In this document: in pieces, positions 25,246-35,460 of the stretch
How the letters are laid out: every line of letters begins with the position of its first letter
How positions within the stretch are numbered: position 1 is the first letter of the stretch
Source: Bacteroidota bacterium
GTDB lineage: Bacteria > Bacteroidota > Bacteroidia > Bacteroidales > JBHOTF01
Length of the DNA stretch: 64,000 bases
Assembly: GCA_042584005.1 (NCBI GenBank)
Contig: JBHOTF010000009.1
Span: forward strand, 950 to 64,949
Direction: 5' to 3'
Notes under the pieces: generated by a model
The model's database searches: none
The model's input: the letters and a program-made list of their open reading frames with translations, nothing else
What the model was told of the DNA's origin: nothing
Translations under genes and position numbers: made by a program

Positions 25246-27033
25246 TTACAGTCGTTGAGTTTTATCCTTCAACCAGTTTTTTTCGTTTTTATCAAGATGC
25301 GGGCTTAGTTTTTCAAATACTAATTTATGATAATTATTAATCCATTCTTTTTCTTCATCATTAATAATATTCATATCTATAAGCCCGGTATCAATATGAC
25401 ATAAAGTTATTGTATCGAATTTAAGAAATTGTCCGAATTCTGTTTTAATATCATTTACAACGATAAGCATATTCTCTGTTCTTACACCGTGTTTGCCGGG
25501 TTTATATAAGGCAGGCTCGTTTGTAATGACCATTCCGTTTTCAAGGGTGGTATTCGGATCGCCTGGCCTTGGCCCTATGCCTTGTGGACCTTCGTGTACA
25601 TTCAGAAAAAATCCTACTCCGTGTCCTGTGCCATGTCCATAATTCATTCCTCTGTCCCACATAGCTTTTCTGGCAAATACATCAAGCTGATGCCCGAATG
25701 TACCTTCGGGAAATTTTATCATACTAAGCCTTATCATACCCACTAATGCAAGTGTAAAATCGGTTTTTTCTTCTGATGTTGGATACCCAAGAGAAACGGT
25801 TCTTGTAGTATCTGTTGTACCATCAAGGTATTGGCCACCAGAGTCGATAAGATACAAACCATTCTTTTCAAATACTTTATCTGTTTCAGGCAGAACATGA
25901 TAGTGGGCCATTGCTCCGTTTCCTTTGTATCCTGATATCGGATAAAAACTATGGGCAATATAATTTTCCTGTTGCCTGCGAAATTCAGTTAATTTTTCTG
26001 CTGCTGATAATTCTGTGATTTTTATCAATCCGAGATTTTTTTCAAGCCAGAACAAGAATTTTTCAAGAGCAATACCATCTTTAACCAGAAGATTTTTTAA
26101 ATGTTTTATCTCAGTTTTATTTTTTATGGCCTTCAGCCTTGTTGTAATTGCCAGGTCCTTGCTTATAGAACAGTGCTTTGGAATAGAATCGTACAGGCAT
26201 ATATTGGTCTTCCCCGGAGAGATTAAAATTCTGTTTTCCGGCTGCATTTTCGATAGATGATCTGTTATTGTGTAATAATCTTCAATTTGCACACCCTCTT
26301 TTGTTAATTTGGTACGGGTTTTATCATCAACTTTTTCATCGAAAATAAATAGAACTGCCTTTTCCATGCTGATAAGGGCATAACTAACTGCTACCGGGTT
26401 AAACTCAACATCATTGCCTCTTATATTAAATAACCAGGCAATATCGTCCAGAGTGGTTATCAGGTGAAAATTGACTCCAGTTTCAGACATTTTTTGCCTT
26501 ACATGTTCTATCTTTTCAGATGTAGAATATCCGGCATATTTGATGTCATGAATAAATATTTGTGATTTTGGTATTGTAGGCCTGTTGGTCCATATATTGT
26601 TAATCAGGTCATTAGAGCTATCAATACTAATTTTCTTTTTTGAAAGTATATTCTTAAGCCTGTCGAAATCTGTTATAGAAAAAATATTTCCATCAAGCCC
26701 AACACAGCTTCCTTCTGAGATGTGCTCCCCTAACCAATCCATATAACAGGGGAAGTGGGGTATTTTCATCTTTATTAATTGTATTCCTGAATTTTCCAAT
26801 TCTTTTTCTGCCTGAATAAAATACCTCGAATCGGTCCAAAGCCCGGCCATATCATTTGTAACAACAACAGTACCTGCGGAGCCGGTAAATCCGGATATCC
26901 ATTTTCTCGATTGCCAGTGTTCGGGAATATATTCACCTGCATGAGGATCGGTGGATGGAATAATGTATGCATCAAGATTGTTTAAGCACATTTGTTCTCT
27001 AAGTGCGGCGATTCTTTCTTTAATAGTAGGCAT
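25246..27033 (-). CDS. Xaa-Pro aminopeptidase (M24B, aminopeptidase P family, long form)
   Basis: 595 aa. N-terminal creatinase/prolidase-like domains and M24 metal-ligand motifs (DSGGQY, DTTRT, HGTGHGVG, TNEP). Confidence 0.85.
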   Translation of the reverse strand: MPTIKERIAALREQMCLNNLDAYIIPSTDPHAGEYIPEHWQSRKWISGFTGSAGTVVVTNDMAGLWTDSRYFIQAEKELENSGIQLIKMKIPHFPCYMDWLGEHISEGSCVGLDGNIFSITDFDRLKNILSKKKISIDSSNDLINNIWTNRPTIPKSQIFIHDIKYAGYSTSEKIEHVRQKMSETGVNFHLITTLDDIAWLFNIRGNDVEFNPVAVSYALISMEKAVLFIFDEKVDDKTRTKLTKEGVQIEDYYTITDHLSKMQPENRILISPGKTNICLYDSIPKHCSISKDLAITTRLKAIKNKTEIKHLKNLLVKDGIALEKFLFWLEKNLGLIKITELSAAEKLTEFRRQQENYIAHSFYPISGYKGNGAMAHYHVLPETDKVFEKNGLYLIDSGGQYLDGTTDTTRTVSLGYPTSEEKTDFTLALVGMIRLSMIKFPEGTFGHQLDVFARKAMWDRGMNYGHGTGHGVGFFLNVHEGPQGIGPRPGDPNTTLENGMVITNEPALYKPGKHGVRTENMLIVVNDIKTEFGQFLKFDTITLCHIDTGLIDMNIINDEEKEWINNYHKLVFEKLSPHLDKNEKNWLKDKTQRL

Positions 27034-27059
27034 AAGCTTATTTGAAAAAGTATTATTAT

Positions 27060-28229
27060 TTATATTGAACTTAACAGAGTGCCCAATGTATATCCGAGAT
27101 AATTACCAAGTGCATATCCTATCAATCCTGTCACTAAACCTGTGATAATTACGTCTTTATTTTTCAGTGCAGCCGCCACTGCCGGTACAAATGGAGGAGA
27201 AAAACAAAGTGCTGTGGTTACAATTATAAAAGTATCAGTATCTACTTTAAAAAGTTTCGACAGTAAAAGATGTAGTATTAAGGATCCGAAAACTGCAAAA
27301 GCAACATATAAAAAAAGATCTTTTGAAATATTGACCAGATCGCTGATGTTAGCTCTTGATGCAACCACAAAACTGAACACAATAATAAAATACATGCCAA
27401 GCTGAAATGATTTTTTTATTTTAGATATCCGTGGAATTAAGGATGCTAATATTCCAAGTGTTGTAATTGAAAGTATAATTATTACAGGCTGATTGGTTTC
27501 ATTGCCGGAAAAAACCTTCCATATTAGGAAGCCAAGTCCCAGAATTATTAATGATAGTCCCAGAGCCATAAGCATTGGGAAGAATGTTTTTTTTCTAAAA
27601 AATCCCTGGTATGAATCAATTTCAGATTGTTTACGGATAAGCTCTTCCGCATCTTTTTTATTTAAATTATCAGCAGGTTTTTTAAAAGCAGGCAGTATCC
27701 ATCCGAAAACTTTTTGTGCAAAGGAAACCAAAAAAAGAAACAAAATAGCACATAGAACTATATCATAAGTGTTTGTAGCGATGAAAATAGCTTCATCAAC
27801 ATCAAGCATTGTTTTTATGGAAGCCAGGTTTGGTGATCCACCTGTGTATACGCCAGTTAGCAGCCCACCAACTTTTCCCATTTCTTCAACCTCTCCTCTG
27901 AAAATGAAGAAACCTACAATTATCATTGTTATCACTGATATAAGGCCCAGAAATAATGCTGAAAAAGCTTTAGCCGAATGTTTTATCCATTTTTTTATGT
28001 CGAGCGAAAAAAGTAAAAGCGGAATAGCAATGGGGACAGTCATATCACATAACATAATCTGTGTTTCCTCACCCCCTTCAGGAATAATACCAATATTTCC
28101 AACAATAATACCAAAACCGTATGCAATTGCGATGGCACCCAATTTATTAATAGCAGGAAATTTATGACAGACATAAATAATAACAACCGGAAAAATAGTG
28201 AAGAGTACTATGAGAATAATTTTTTCCAT
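27060..28229 (-). CDS. DUF819 family integral membrane protein
   Basis: 389 aa and polytopic. The N-terminus MEKIILIVLFTIFPVVIIYVCHKFPAINKLGAIAIAYGFG resembles DUF819 proteins. Confidence 0.65.
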   Translation of the reverse strand: MEKIILIVLFTIFPVVIIYVCHKFPAINKLGAIAIAYGFGIIVGNIGIIPEGGEETQIMLCDMTVPIAIPLLLFSLDIKKWIKHSAKAFSALFLGLISVITMIIVGFFIFRGEVEEMGKVGGLLTGVYTGGSPNLASIKTMLDVDEAIFIATNTYDIVLCAILFLFLVSFAQKVFGWILPAFKKPADNLNKKDAEELIRKQSEIDSYQGFFRKKTFFPMLMALGLSLIILGLGFLIWKVFSGNETNQPVIIILSITTLGILASLIPRISKIKKSFQLGMYFIIVFSFVVASRANISDLVNISKDLFLYVAFAVFGSLILHLLLSKLFKVDTDTFIIVTTALCFSPPFVPAVAAALKNKDVIITGLVTGLIGYALGNYLGYTLGTLLSSI

Positions 28230-28255
28230 AATGTAAAGTATAATTTTGTTACAAA

Positions 28256-28900
28256 TTACCTAAGGTCAATTACTTCAATGTTAGAATGTTTGGTGGTGTC
28301 AAAAACAAATATTTTATCTTCGTAATTTTTGTCAGTTGTGAAATCAGTTATTTTAACAATATACATATTTCCATCTTTTGCATGGTATTTAACTGATAAT
28401 AGCTGAAGTGTTTTTTTAATTATCAGGACATCTATTTTATCATATTCTTCAGTACTTTCCTGTGGCAACATTGTGATTTGGTATGAACCATCTTTTTCTC
28501 CATTGTATATTAATTCAAAACCTTCCTTATATAAATTAAATATCTGACCAGGATCAAATATTGATTCATCATTTTTGTCAGGTTCGGAAATACTCACCTC
28601 TTCAAAATCCGGTATATAAGACCACATTGTTTTCCCATCAAAATACGTTTCTGCCGACATTAACAGTAATTTATACTTTTCTCCTTTCAAAATTATCTCA
28701 CCATCAAAACTGTCGGATATTTCAAGCTCAGTATTTTCAAGGCTAAAGGTAAATTTGGCCTCTATACATTTATGAGTTTTTATTTTTGATGAAAAATCAT
28801 CGAGTATCTTTTTTGCTGAAGTATTATTTTGTGAATAAGCACATAGATTAGCTATAATGAAAACAATTAATAGCATCCTATATTTTTTAGGATTGGTCAT
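28256..28900 (-). CDS. LolA-like outer-membrane lipoprotein carrier protein
   Basis: 214 aa with a signal peptide. Sits in the conserved position immediately downstream of ftsK, as in many Bacteroidota. Beta-rich LolA-like sequence. Confidence 0.7.
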   Translation of the reverse strand: MTNPKKYRMLLIVFIIANLCAYSQNNTSAKKILDDFSSKIKTHKCIEAKFTFSLENTELEISDSFDGEIILKGEKYKLLLMSAETYFDGKTMWSYIPDFEEVSISEPDKNDESIFDPGQIFNLYKEGFELIYNGEKDGSYQITMLPQESTEEYDKIDVLIIKKTLQLLSVKYHAKDGNMYIVKITDFTTDKNYEDKIFVFDTTKHSNIEVIDLR

Positions 28901-28913
28901 ATTTAATGAATTA

Positions 28914-31313
28914 TTAATGATCGTTAATCTGGTTCAGAAATTGTTCAAGCGAATACAAATCCTGATACAAAACATTACGTGGCTTACTTCCTTCGAAAGA
29001 TCCTACTATCCCCGCTGCTTCCAACTGGTCCATAATTCTGCCGGCCCTGTTATATCCTATAGAGAATTTTCTTTGTATGCCTGAGGTAGATCCTTGTTGA
29101 TTGCCAACAACCAGTCTTGCCGCATCTTCAAATAGTTCGTCTTTTTTATCCAGTATATTTTCACCGGATTGTAATACACTTTCATCTTCAATGTCAGGAA
29201 GTAACCAGGCTGTAGGAAATCCTCTTTGTGAGCCTATATATTCTGTAATGACTTCAATTTCAGAAGTGTCTATAAATGCACATTGTAATCTGTCGAGGTC
29301 ACTTCCAATAGATATTAGCATATCACCTCTTCCTACAAGATGATTGGCCCCCGGGCAGTCAAGTATTGTTCTGGAGTCGATCATTGAGGCTACCTTGAAG
29401 GCTATTCTGGCTGGGAAATTGGCCTTTATGGTACCTGTAATAATATTTGTTGATGGCCTTTGGGTTGCAATAACCATATGTATACCTACTGCTCTTGCAA
29501 GTTGTGCTATTCTTGTAAGAGGCAATTCGACCTCTTTACCGGCTGTCATTATCAGGTCAGCAAACTCATCAATTACTACAACAAGGTATGGCATAAATGA
29601 ATGTCCCTTTTCAGGATTTAATTTACGGCTGATAAATTTTGTATTATACTCCTTGAGGTTTCTTACCTGGGCTTTTTTAAGCAGGTTATATCTATTATCC
29701 ATTTCCAGGCTAAGAGAGTTTAATGAGGCAATTACTTCTTTGGTATCTGTAATAATTGGGTCTTCTAAATTAGGTAGTTTCGCAAGAAAATGTCTTTCTA
29801 TTTTCGAATATAAAGTAAGTTCAACCTTCTTAGGATCAATAAGAACAAATTTTAGTTGAGAAGGATGTTTTTTATATAGAAGAGATGTGATTATCGCATT
29901 TAGCCCTACAGATTTCCCCTGGCCTGTTGCCCCGGCTACAAGAATATGCGGCATTTTTACCAGGTCGAAAGTATAGGTTTCATTAGATATTGTTTTTCCT
30001 AATGCTATTGGGAGTTCGTATTTTGATTCCTGAAAGGCACGGGAGGCAATAATTGAATGCATTGAAACAATTTCAGGATTTTGATTTGGAACTTCAATAC
30101 CAATAGTACCTTTTCCAGGAATCGGAGCTATTATTCTGATACCCAGGGCAGAAAGACTAAGAGCTATATCGTCCTCCAGATTTTTAATTCTGGAAATTCT
30201 CACTCCCGGAGCGGGGATTATTTCATAAAGAGTGATAGTAGGGCCTATAGTGGCTTTAATTTTGTCAATTTTAATTTTATAATTTGCAAGGGTCTCGACT
30301 ATCCTGTTTTTATTGTTTAAAAGTTCCTCATTACTTACCTCAGAGTTGTTTCTTGAGTGATCTTTCAGAAGTTTCAGATTAGGCGACAAATATGATGACA
30401 GGTCCAGTGTAGGATCATAATCAGTCATTTCATCATATTTATTCTCGGTTAATAAATCATCTTCCTCCTTTTTTGAAACAGTCATTTCAGGAGATTCATC
30501 TTTTTCTTCCTGCTCTTTTTCCACAGGTTCATTCCGGGTAATATTATCTGTTTCAAAAACAACTTCAATATTACTTTCCTCATTAATAGTTTTGGAAAGG
30601 TCTTTTTTGTTTAGCTCGTCTATTATTTCCTTATCTTTTACTTCAAATATTTCGTCCTCAGAAAAATTATCCTCCTCCAAGCCTGAAAAGTCATTATTAT
30701 CCTTTTTTGCAAAAACTTTCTGTAATAGTTTTTCTGATTTCTTAGTTGAAAATATATAAAAGGAAAAAAGAATAAGCAATAGAATAAATGCAGTACCGGC
30801 TTTTCCTACAAGGTTGTTAAGTCCGTTGGAAATGAAATGCCCGTATGCACCTCCTAAAAAATAAAAACTGTCGCCAAATATATATGATAATGTTACTGAC
30901 AGTAGAACAGTAACAATTAGACTTATCCTTAAGGTTCGCCCAAACCGAAGTAAATTAATATTTACCAGCCGTGTTGCAAAGAGGAAAAAAATGAAAATTG
31001 AGGAAAATGAGGCTATTCCGAACCATTTGTAAATCAGCAGATTGGAAATCGCAGCACCTGTTTTACCTGCCCAGTTATCAACAATAATTGTAGGATCGGT
31101 GATAAAATCCGTCCACTTATGATCGAATCCGCTCTGATCGGCTTTCCAGGTAAAAATGTATGATATTAATGCGATAGTAAGGAATATGGCAATAAACAAG
31201 CAGGTTAAACTAAGAATAATGCGAAATCGCCTGTCTTTAAAAACAGTAATGATTTTCCCAAAAGGATTATTTTTTTTAATTCTTTTTTTTGTTCTTTTTC
31301 TTTTTGTAGTCAT
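28914..31313 (-). CDS. ftsK: DNA translocase FtsK
   Basis: 799 aa. N-terminal TM helices, acidic low-complexity linker, motor domain with Walker A GATGQGKS and Walker B VVVIDEFADL, and a C-terminal gamma winged-helix domain. Confidence 0.9.
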   Translation of the reverse strand: MTTKRKRTKKRIKKNNPFGKIITVFKDRRFRIILSLTCLFIAIFLTIALISYIFTWKADQSGFDHKWTDFITDPTIIVDNWAGKTGAAISNLLIYKWFGIASFSSIFIFFLFATRLVNINLLRFGRTLRISLIVTVLLSVTLSYIFGDSFYFLGGAYGHFISNGLNNLVGKAGTAFILLLILFSFYIFSTKKSEKLLQKVFAKKDNNDFSGLEEDNFSEDEIFEVKDKEIIDELNKKDLSKTINEESNIEVVFETDNITRNEPVEKEQEEKDESPEMTVSKKEEDDLLTENKYDEMTDYDPTLDLSSYLSPNLKLLKDHSRNNSEVSNEELLNNKNRIVETLANYKIKIDKIKATIGPTITLYEIIPAPGVRISRIKNLEDDIALSLSALGIRIIAPIPGKGTIGIEVPNQNPEIVSMHSIIASRAFQESKYELPIALGKTISNETYTFDLVKMPHILVAGATGQGKSVGLNAIITSLLYKKHPSQLKFVLIDPKKVELTLYSKIERHFLAKLPNLEDPIITDTKEVIASLNSLSLEMDNRYNLLKKAQVRNLKEYNTKFISRKLNPEKGHSFMPYLVVVIDEFADLIMTAGKEVELPLTRIAQLARAVGIHMVIATQRPSTNIITGTIKANFPARIAFKVASMIDSRTILDCPGANHLVGRGDMLISIGSDLDRLQCAFIDTSEIEVITEYIGSQRGFPTAWLLPDIEDESVLQSGENILDKKDELFEDAARLVVGNQQGSTSGIQRKFSIGYNRAGRIMDQLEAAGIVGSFEGSKPRNVLYQDLYSLEQFLNQINDH

Positions 31314-31459
31314 ATCCTGTTTGTAAAAATAAACTCTGTACTACCTGGCTTTTTTATTCATACAGTACTAAAAAATCAAAAGTAGGAAATTTATTTGATT
31401 AAATAAAGAAGGCTAATTCAGCGTGTTTATAACTAATTTTATATGATTAAAATAATTTA

Positions 31460-31467
31460 TAGCTTTG
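31460..31467 (+). promoter_or_regulatory. Candidate -7 promoter element (TAGCTTTG)
   Basis: Matches TAnnTTTG, 26 nt upstream of the ATG at 31494. It lies inside the longer track ORF, which supports the downstream start. Confidence 0.3.
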
Positions 31468-31493
31468 TATCTTTTCAACTAATTTTTGGCAAA

Positions 31494-32450
31494 ATGAGCA
31501 AGCTGGCTGTAATTGCATTAGGGGGGAATGCATTATTAAGAGGTAATCAGATTGGAACAATTGAGGAACAGGAAAAAAACACAACTGATACTCTTAATAA
31601 TATCGTATTTCTTATTCGTGAGGGTTATAATATCGTATTGAGCCATGGTAACGGGCCAATGGTAGGAAATATTTTGATGAGGAATGATGCCGGGGAGAGT
31701 GTTTATAATATTCCTCAAATGCCGCTAGATATCTGTGTCGCTGATTCTCAGGGTGGTATTGGATATATGATTGAAAGAATGTTAAGAAATATTTTTATTG
31801 AAAATGGTATTGATCGTGATATAGTTACAATTGTTACTCAGGTATTGGTTGAAAAAGATGATCCTGCCTTTCAGAATCCTACTAAAAGGGTTGGGAAAAT
31901 TTATACAGAGAAGGAAGCTCTGAATCTGGAAAAAGAAAAAGGATGGGAGTTTAGAAAAGAAGTCAAAAAACCCGGTGGTTGGAGAAGAGTAGTTCCTTCA
32001 CCAAAACCAATTGGTATAATGAATGAAAAGGCTATTCTAAAGCTGGCAAATAGCGGGGTTATTGTAATTACAGTTGGCGGTGGCGGCGTGCCGGTTTATA
32101 TTGATGAAAAAAATAAAATCAGACCATCTGAAGCAGTGATTGATAAAGACCTTGCATCAGCCTTGCTGGCTTCTAAAATTAAAGCTGATGAGTTATATAT
32201 TCTGACAGATGTCCCTTACGTATATATTAATTATAAAAAAGCGAATGAGCAATATATTGAGTTTCTTGACAGGAAGGATACTATAAAATATCTAAATGAG
32301 GGAATGTTTGCAGAAGGCAGTATGGCGCCCAAGATACGCGCAGCACTGCAGTTTATTGAGCAGGGAGGCAGTAAATCGGTGATTACAGAATCGACAAAAC
32401 TGGAAGATAAGTCATATGGAACAAAAATAACTATGGAATATGAAGATTGA
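31494..32450 (+). CDS. arcC: Carbamate kinase
   Basis: The ATG at 31494 gives MSKLAVIALGGNALL, the canonical carbamate kinase N-terminus. HGNGPMVG and GGGGVPV motifs are present. Confidence 0.85.
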   Translation: MSKLAVIALGGNALLRGNQIGTIEEQEKNTTDTLNNIVFLIREGYNIVLSHGNGPMVGNILMRNDAGESVYNIPQMPLDICVADSQGGIGYMIERMLRNIFIENGIDRDIVTIVTQVLVEKDDPAFQNPTKRVGKIYTEKEALNLEKEKGWEFRKEVKKPGGWRRVVPSPKPIGIMNEKAILKLANSGVIVITVGGGGVPVYIDEKNKIRPSEAVIDKDLASALLASKIKADELYILTDVPYVYINYKKANEQYIEFLDRKDTIKYLNEGMFAEGSMAPKIRAALQFIEQGGSKSVITESTKLEDKSYGTKITMEYED

Positions 32451-32494
32451 AATGAGAAATATTAATATTGATTCAACAATTTAATAATTAAATA

Positions 32495-33496
32495 ATGGCA
32501 TATAATTTACGAAACAGGAATTTTCTTACTCTGCTCGATTTTGAGCCTAGGGAGATAGATTTTCTAATAAATCTTGCAATTGATCTTAAAGCTGCAAAGT
32601 ATTCAGGAACAGAACAGCAAAAACTTAAAGGCAAGAATATTGCTTTAATATTTGAGAAAGCTTCAACAAGAACACGCTGTGCTTTTGAGACAGCTGCTTA
32701 TGATCAGGGTGCTCATGTATCATATTTAGGCCCTTCAGGATCACAAATTGGCCAAAAAGAAACTATGAAAGATACCGCCCGTGTTCTGGGTAGAATGTAC
32801 GATGGTATCGAATACAGGGGGTTTGGACAAAAGGTTGTTGAGGAATTAGGAGAATATTCAGGTGTTCCTGTATGGAATGGTTTAACAACCGAGTATCATC
32901 CAACACAGATACTTGCCGACTTTATGACAATGATAGAACATTCAGACTATCCTCTTAGCGAAATATCATTTTGTTATTGCGGTGATGCAAAAAATAATGT
33001 AGCTAATTCTCTAATGATTGGTGCAGCGAAAATGGGAATGGATATCAGGCTTGCTGCTCCTATATCTGTGCAGCCCGACAAAAATCTTGTTAAAAAATGT
33101 ATGGAAATAGCCAAATTCACCGGTGCAAGTATTCTTGTTACTGATGATATAGAAATGGCTGTTGACGGAGTTGATTTTCTTTATACCGATGTATGGGTTT
33201 CGATGGGAGAGCCAGATTCTGTATGGAAAGAACGAATAGAGCTTTTGAAACCCTATCAGATAAATAAAAAGCTTATTGAACTTACAGATAATCCATATGT
33301 TAAGTTTTTACATTGTTTACCTGCATTTCATAACAGAGATACAATTAAGGGTGAGGAGATATTTCAAAAGTTTGGCCTGGATGGTATGGAAGTAACTGAG
33401 GAGGTATTTGAATCGGAAGCTTCAATTGTATTTGATGAAGCTGAAAACCGGTTACATACAATAAAGGCAGTTATGGTTGCTACTTTAGGTTGTTAA
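32495..33496 (+). CDS. argF: Ornithine carbamoyltransferase
   Basis: 333 aa. STRTRCAFE (carbamoyl-phosphate binding), [12 protein letters not shown] (ornithine-binding SMG) and HCLPA motifs. Adjacency to arcC suggests a catabolic role. Confidence 0.9.
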   Translation: MAYNLRNRNFLTLLDFEPREIDFLINLAIDLKAAKYSGTEQQKLKGKNIALIFEKASTRTRCAFETAAYDQGAHVSYLGPSGSQIGQKETMKDTARVLGRMYDGIEYRGFGQKVVEELGEYSGVPVWNGLTTEYHPTQILADFMTMIEHSDYPLSEISFCYCGDAKNNVANSLMIGAAKMGMDIRLAAPISVQPDKNLVKKCMEIAKFTGASILVTDDIEMAVDGVDFLYTDVWVSMGEPDSVWKERIELLKPYQINKKLIELTDNPYVKFLHCLPAFHNRDTIKGEEIFQKFGLDGMEVTEEVFESEASIVFDEAENRLHTIKAVMVATLGC

Positions 33497-35394
33497 TTAC
33501 GTTCGTAATTATTATTATTCAGGAAATTGTTTCTCCAGTTATCAAATTTACCTGAGGAGTGTTTAATAATTTTCTTTTTAAGTTCTTCAGGATTATATTC
33601 AATTATTGAAACTGCATGGTTTTCGAACCCATTTCTGCGGCTGGTTTGTTTAAAATCAAACTTAGTCTGAATAGCAGATCCTGATATTATATAATCAATA
33701 TAGGGAATATATTTCTCAAAATCAGGCCCAAACCAGTTAAGGGCACTTAAAAAATATAAGGTGACATCGTATCCTTGAATACTGAACCTGCTTGGTTCGT
33801 GATGATATTTTTCCCAGTAATCGTCAAAGAAATTTTTATATATTTTTGAAGAATAATCGATGTATGGATATCCAAAGCTTGAGAAATACTGAAAGTTAAG
33901 ATCAAACAGATGATCTAGTTCAATTTTCTCATCTTGTAGCCAATTATACATCCCGAAAACCTGGGTATTATAATTTCTGGTTAAAGCAGTGTTTAATTTA
34001 GTAATTATGTGGGTTGCAAATCCTTCATCCTTTGATAATATTATCACAAGATTTTCCATTCCCATAGAAAGATAATCTTCTACATTTGCTGATAAAGTAT
34101 CATCTTTTTCCCTACTATATTCGTTTTTATCAAAGTATACTTTTTTGTAATGCAGATCCTCCGGACTGTTATTATCAGTAATTTTATTTAAAATATTTGA
34201 ATAATATTCTTCCATTTTCAGACTATCGAAATAAAATTTGTCTATTCTATCAAAATTTATTGAATCATAATACAAATAATCATTGTCTATATAATATAAA
34301 CTATCTTCTGTCCGCATAATAAAAACTATATTTTTATCATAAAATCTTGATAAGTAGGAAGATGCGAAATTGTGTTGAATAGATTCTGAAGGATTTACCT
34401 GGAAAATATTTGGATAATTTTCCAATATTTCACTTTTGGTTGATAATGGGGATACCAGTTTTATTCCCTGATTTCTGCAATATCTTCTTGCAACGCGGAG
34501 GCATGATTCAAAAACAGGTCCAATAATCAGATCTATATTTTCATATCTTAGTTCATCAAATATTTCTTCTACTCTATTAGAATTTGCCTCGGTATCTTTT
34601 ACAATAATATCGACCGACAGTCCGCTTTTTTGAAGAGTATCCAGAGCAAGAATAACTCCATGATAAAATTCAAGAAATTGTTCTGATTCAGGAAGAATAT
34701 TCTCAATTATTTTTTCCTGAATGCTGTCGTAAACATCAATGGTGTCGTTTTCTATTGTATTAAACGGAAGTAAAAGGGCAATTTTGTACTTTCTTTTCTC
34801 ATGCCTGTTAATAATTTCTTCAAAATAGGACAGGTCAATTTCAGGTTCCTCATTAATGGGTTCAGCTTCTTCTTCAATATTTTCTATATTAATATTAGCA
34901 ATATCTACTCCAGTTTTAGGAATTTTATAGGTATTATTGACGCGAAGCCCCCATAGAACATCTGGATTTGCCTCTTTAAATTCTCTTGGCTTTATATCAT
35001 ATTTTTTGGTTAAAGAGAATATTGTTTCCTTGTCAGACAGTACTTTATGATAGAAAAAATTTGTTGTATCAGGCTTTTCTTTTGAAAAACTAATATTTGG
35101 TTTCTCAAATGGAATTAATAATGATTGTCCGGTTTTTAGTTCTGAAAAAACTCCGGGATTTTTTAAAGCAATATCCTTTTGAGATACACCATAAGCTTTG
35201 GCAATTGAATAAAGTGTTTGTCCCTTCTCAATATTATGAATAAAATATTTTTCCCCTTTAATTAATATTTTTTCTTCAGATTTATTAATATTGACCATAT
35301 CCTGTAATGAACTGGCAGGAACCTTCACAGAAAGAAATATTAATACCAGAAATATATATTTAATTGCTTTTCGCATTAAAGATAATTTTAACAT
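33493..35394 (-). CDS. Secreted LysM-repeat protein fused to a type-1 periplasmic-binding-fold domain
   Basis: 633 aa with a signal peptide. Two LysM-like units ([28 protein letters not shown]; [29 protein letters not shown]), then a PBP1-like region starting [10 protein letters not shown]. Confidence 0.7.
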   Translation of the reverse strand: MLKLSLMRKAIKYIFLVLIFLSVKVPASSLQDMVNINKSEEKILIKGEKYFIHNIEKGQTLYSIAKAYGVSQKDIALKNPGVFSELKTGQSLLIPFEKPNISFSKEKPDTTNFFYHKVLSDKETIFSLTKKYDIKPREFKEANPDVLWGLRVNNTYKIPKTGVDIANINIENIEEEAEPINEEPEIDLSYFEEIINRHEKRKYKIALLLPFNTIENDTIDVYDSIQEKIIENILPESEQFLEFYHGVILALDTLQKSGLSVDIIVKDTEANSNRVEEIFDELRYENIDLIIGPVFESCLRVARRYCRNQGIKLVSPLSTKSEILENYPNIFQVNPSESIQHNFASSYLSRFYDKNIVFIMRTEDSLYYIDNDYLYYDSINFDRIDKFYFDSLKMEEYYSNILNKITDNNSPEDLHYKKVYFDKNEYSREKDDTLSANVEDYLSMGMENLVIILSKDEGFATHIITKLNTALTRNYNTQVFGMYNWLQDEKIELDHLFDLNFQYFSSFGYPYIDYSSKIYKNFFDDYWEKYHHEPSRFSIQGYDVTLYFLSALNWFGPDFEKYIPYIDYIISGSAIQTKFDFKQTSRRNGFENHAVSIIEYNPEELKKKIIKHSSGKFDNWRNNFLNNNNYERN

Positions 35395-35460
35395 ATTAAT
35401 TAGCCTTATCAGCCCAAATTTAGTAAAGTAATAGGCTTATGCAAAATGCTAATGGCTATT

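Noticed and set aside
255-28167. Many 60-170-aa ORFs antisense to or nested in long genes (e.g. 255..545, 1405..1851, 5017..5430, 8346..8666, 9225..9569, 11380..11727, 27142..27405, 27493..28167, 29344..29859)
   Set aside because: Each is fully embedded opposite a longer ORF with clear family motifs. Their sequences are low-complexity (Ser/Pro/Ile/Phe-rich), as is typical of antisense frames in AT-rich genomes.
30340-30720. Acidic/Lys-rich low-complexity stretch inside ftsK as a possible separate feature or frameshift
   Set aside because: The reading frame is continuous. FtsK proteins normally contain a variable low-complexity linker between the membrane and motor domains.
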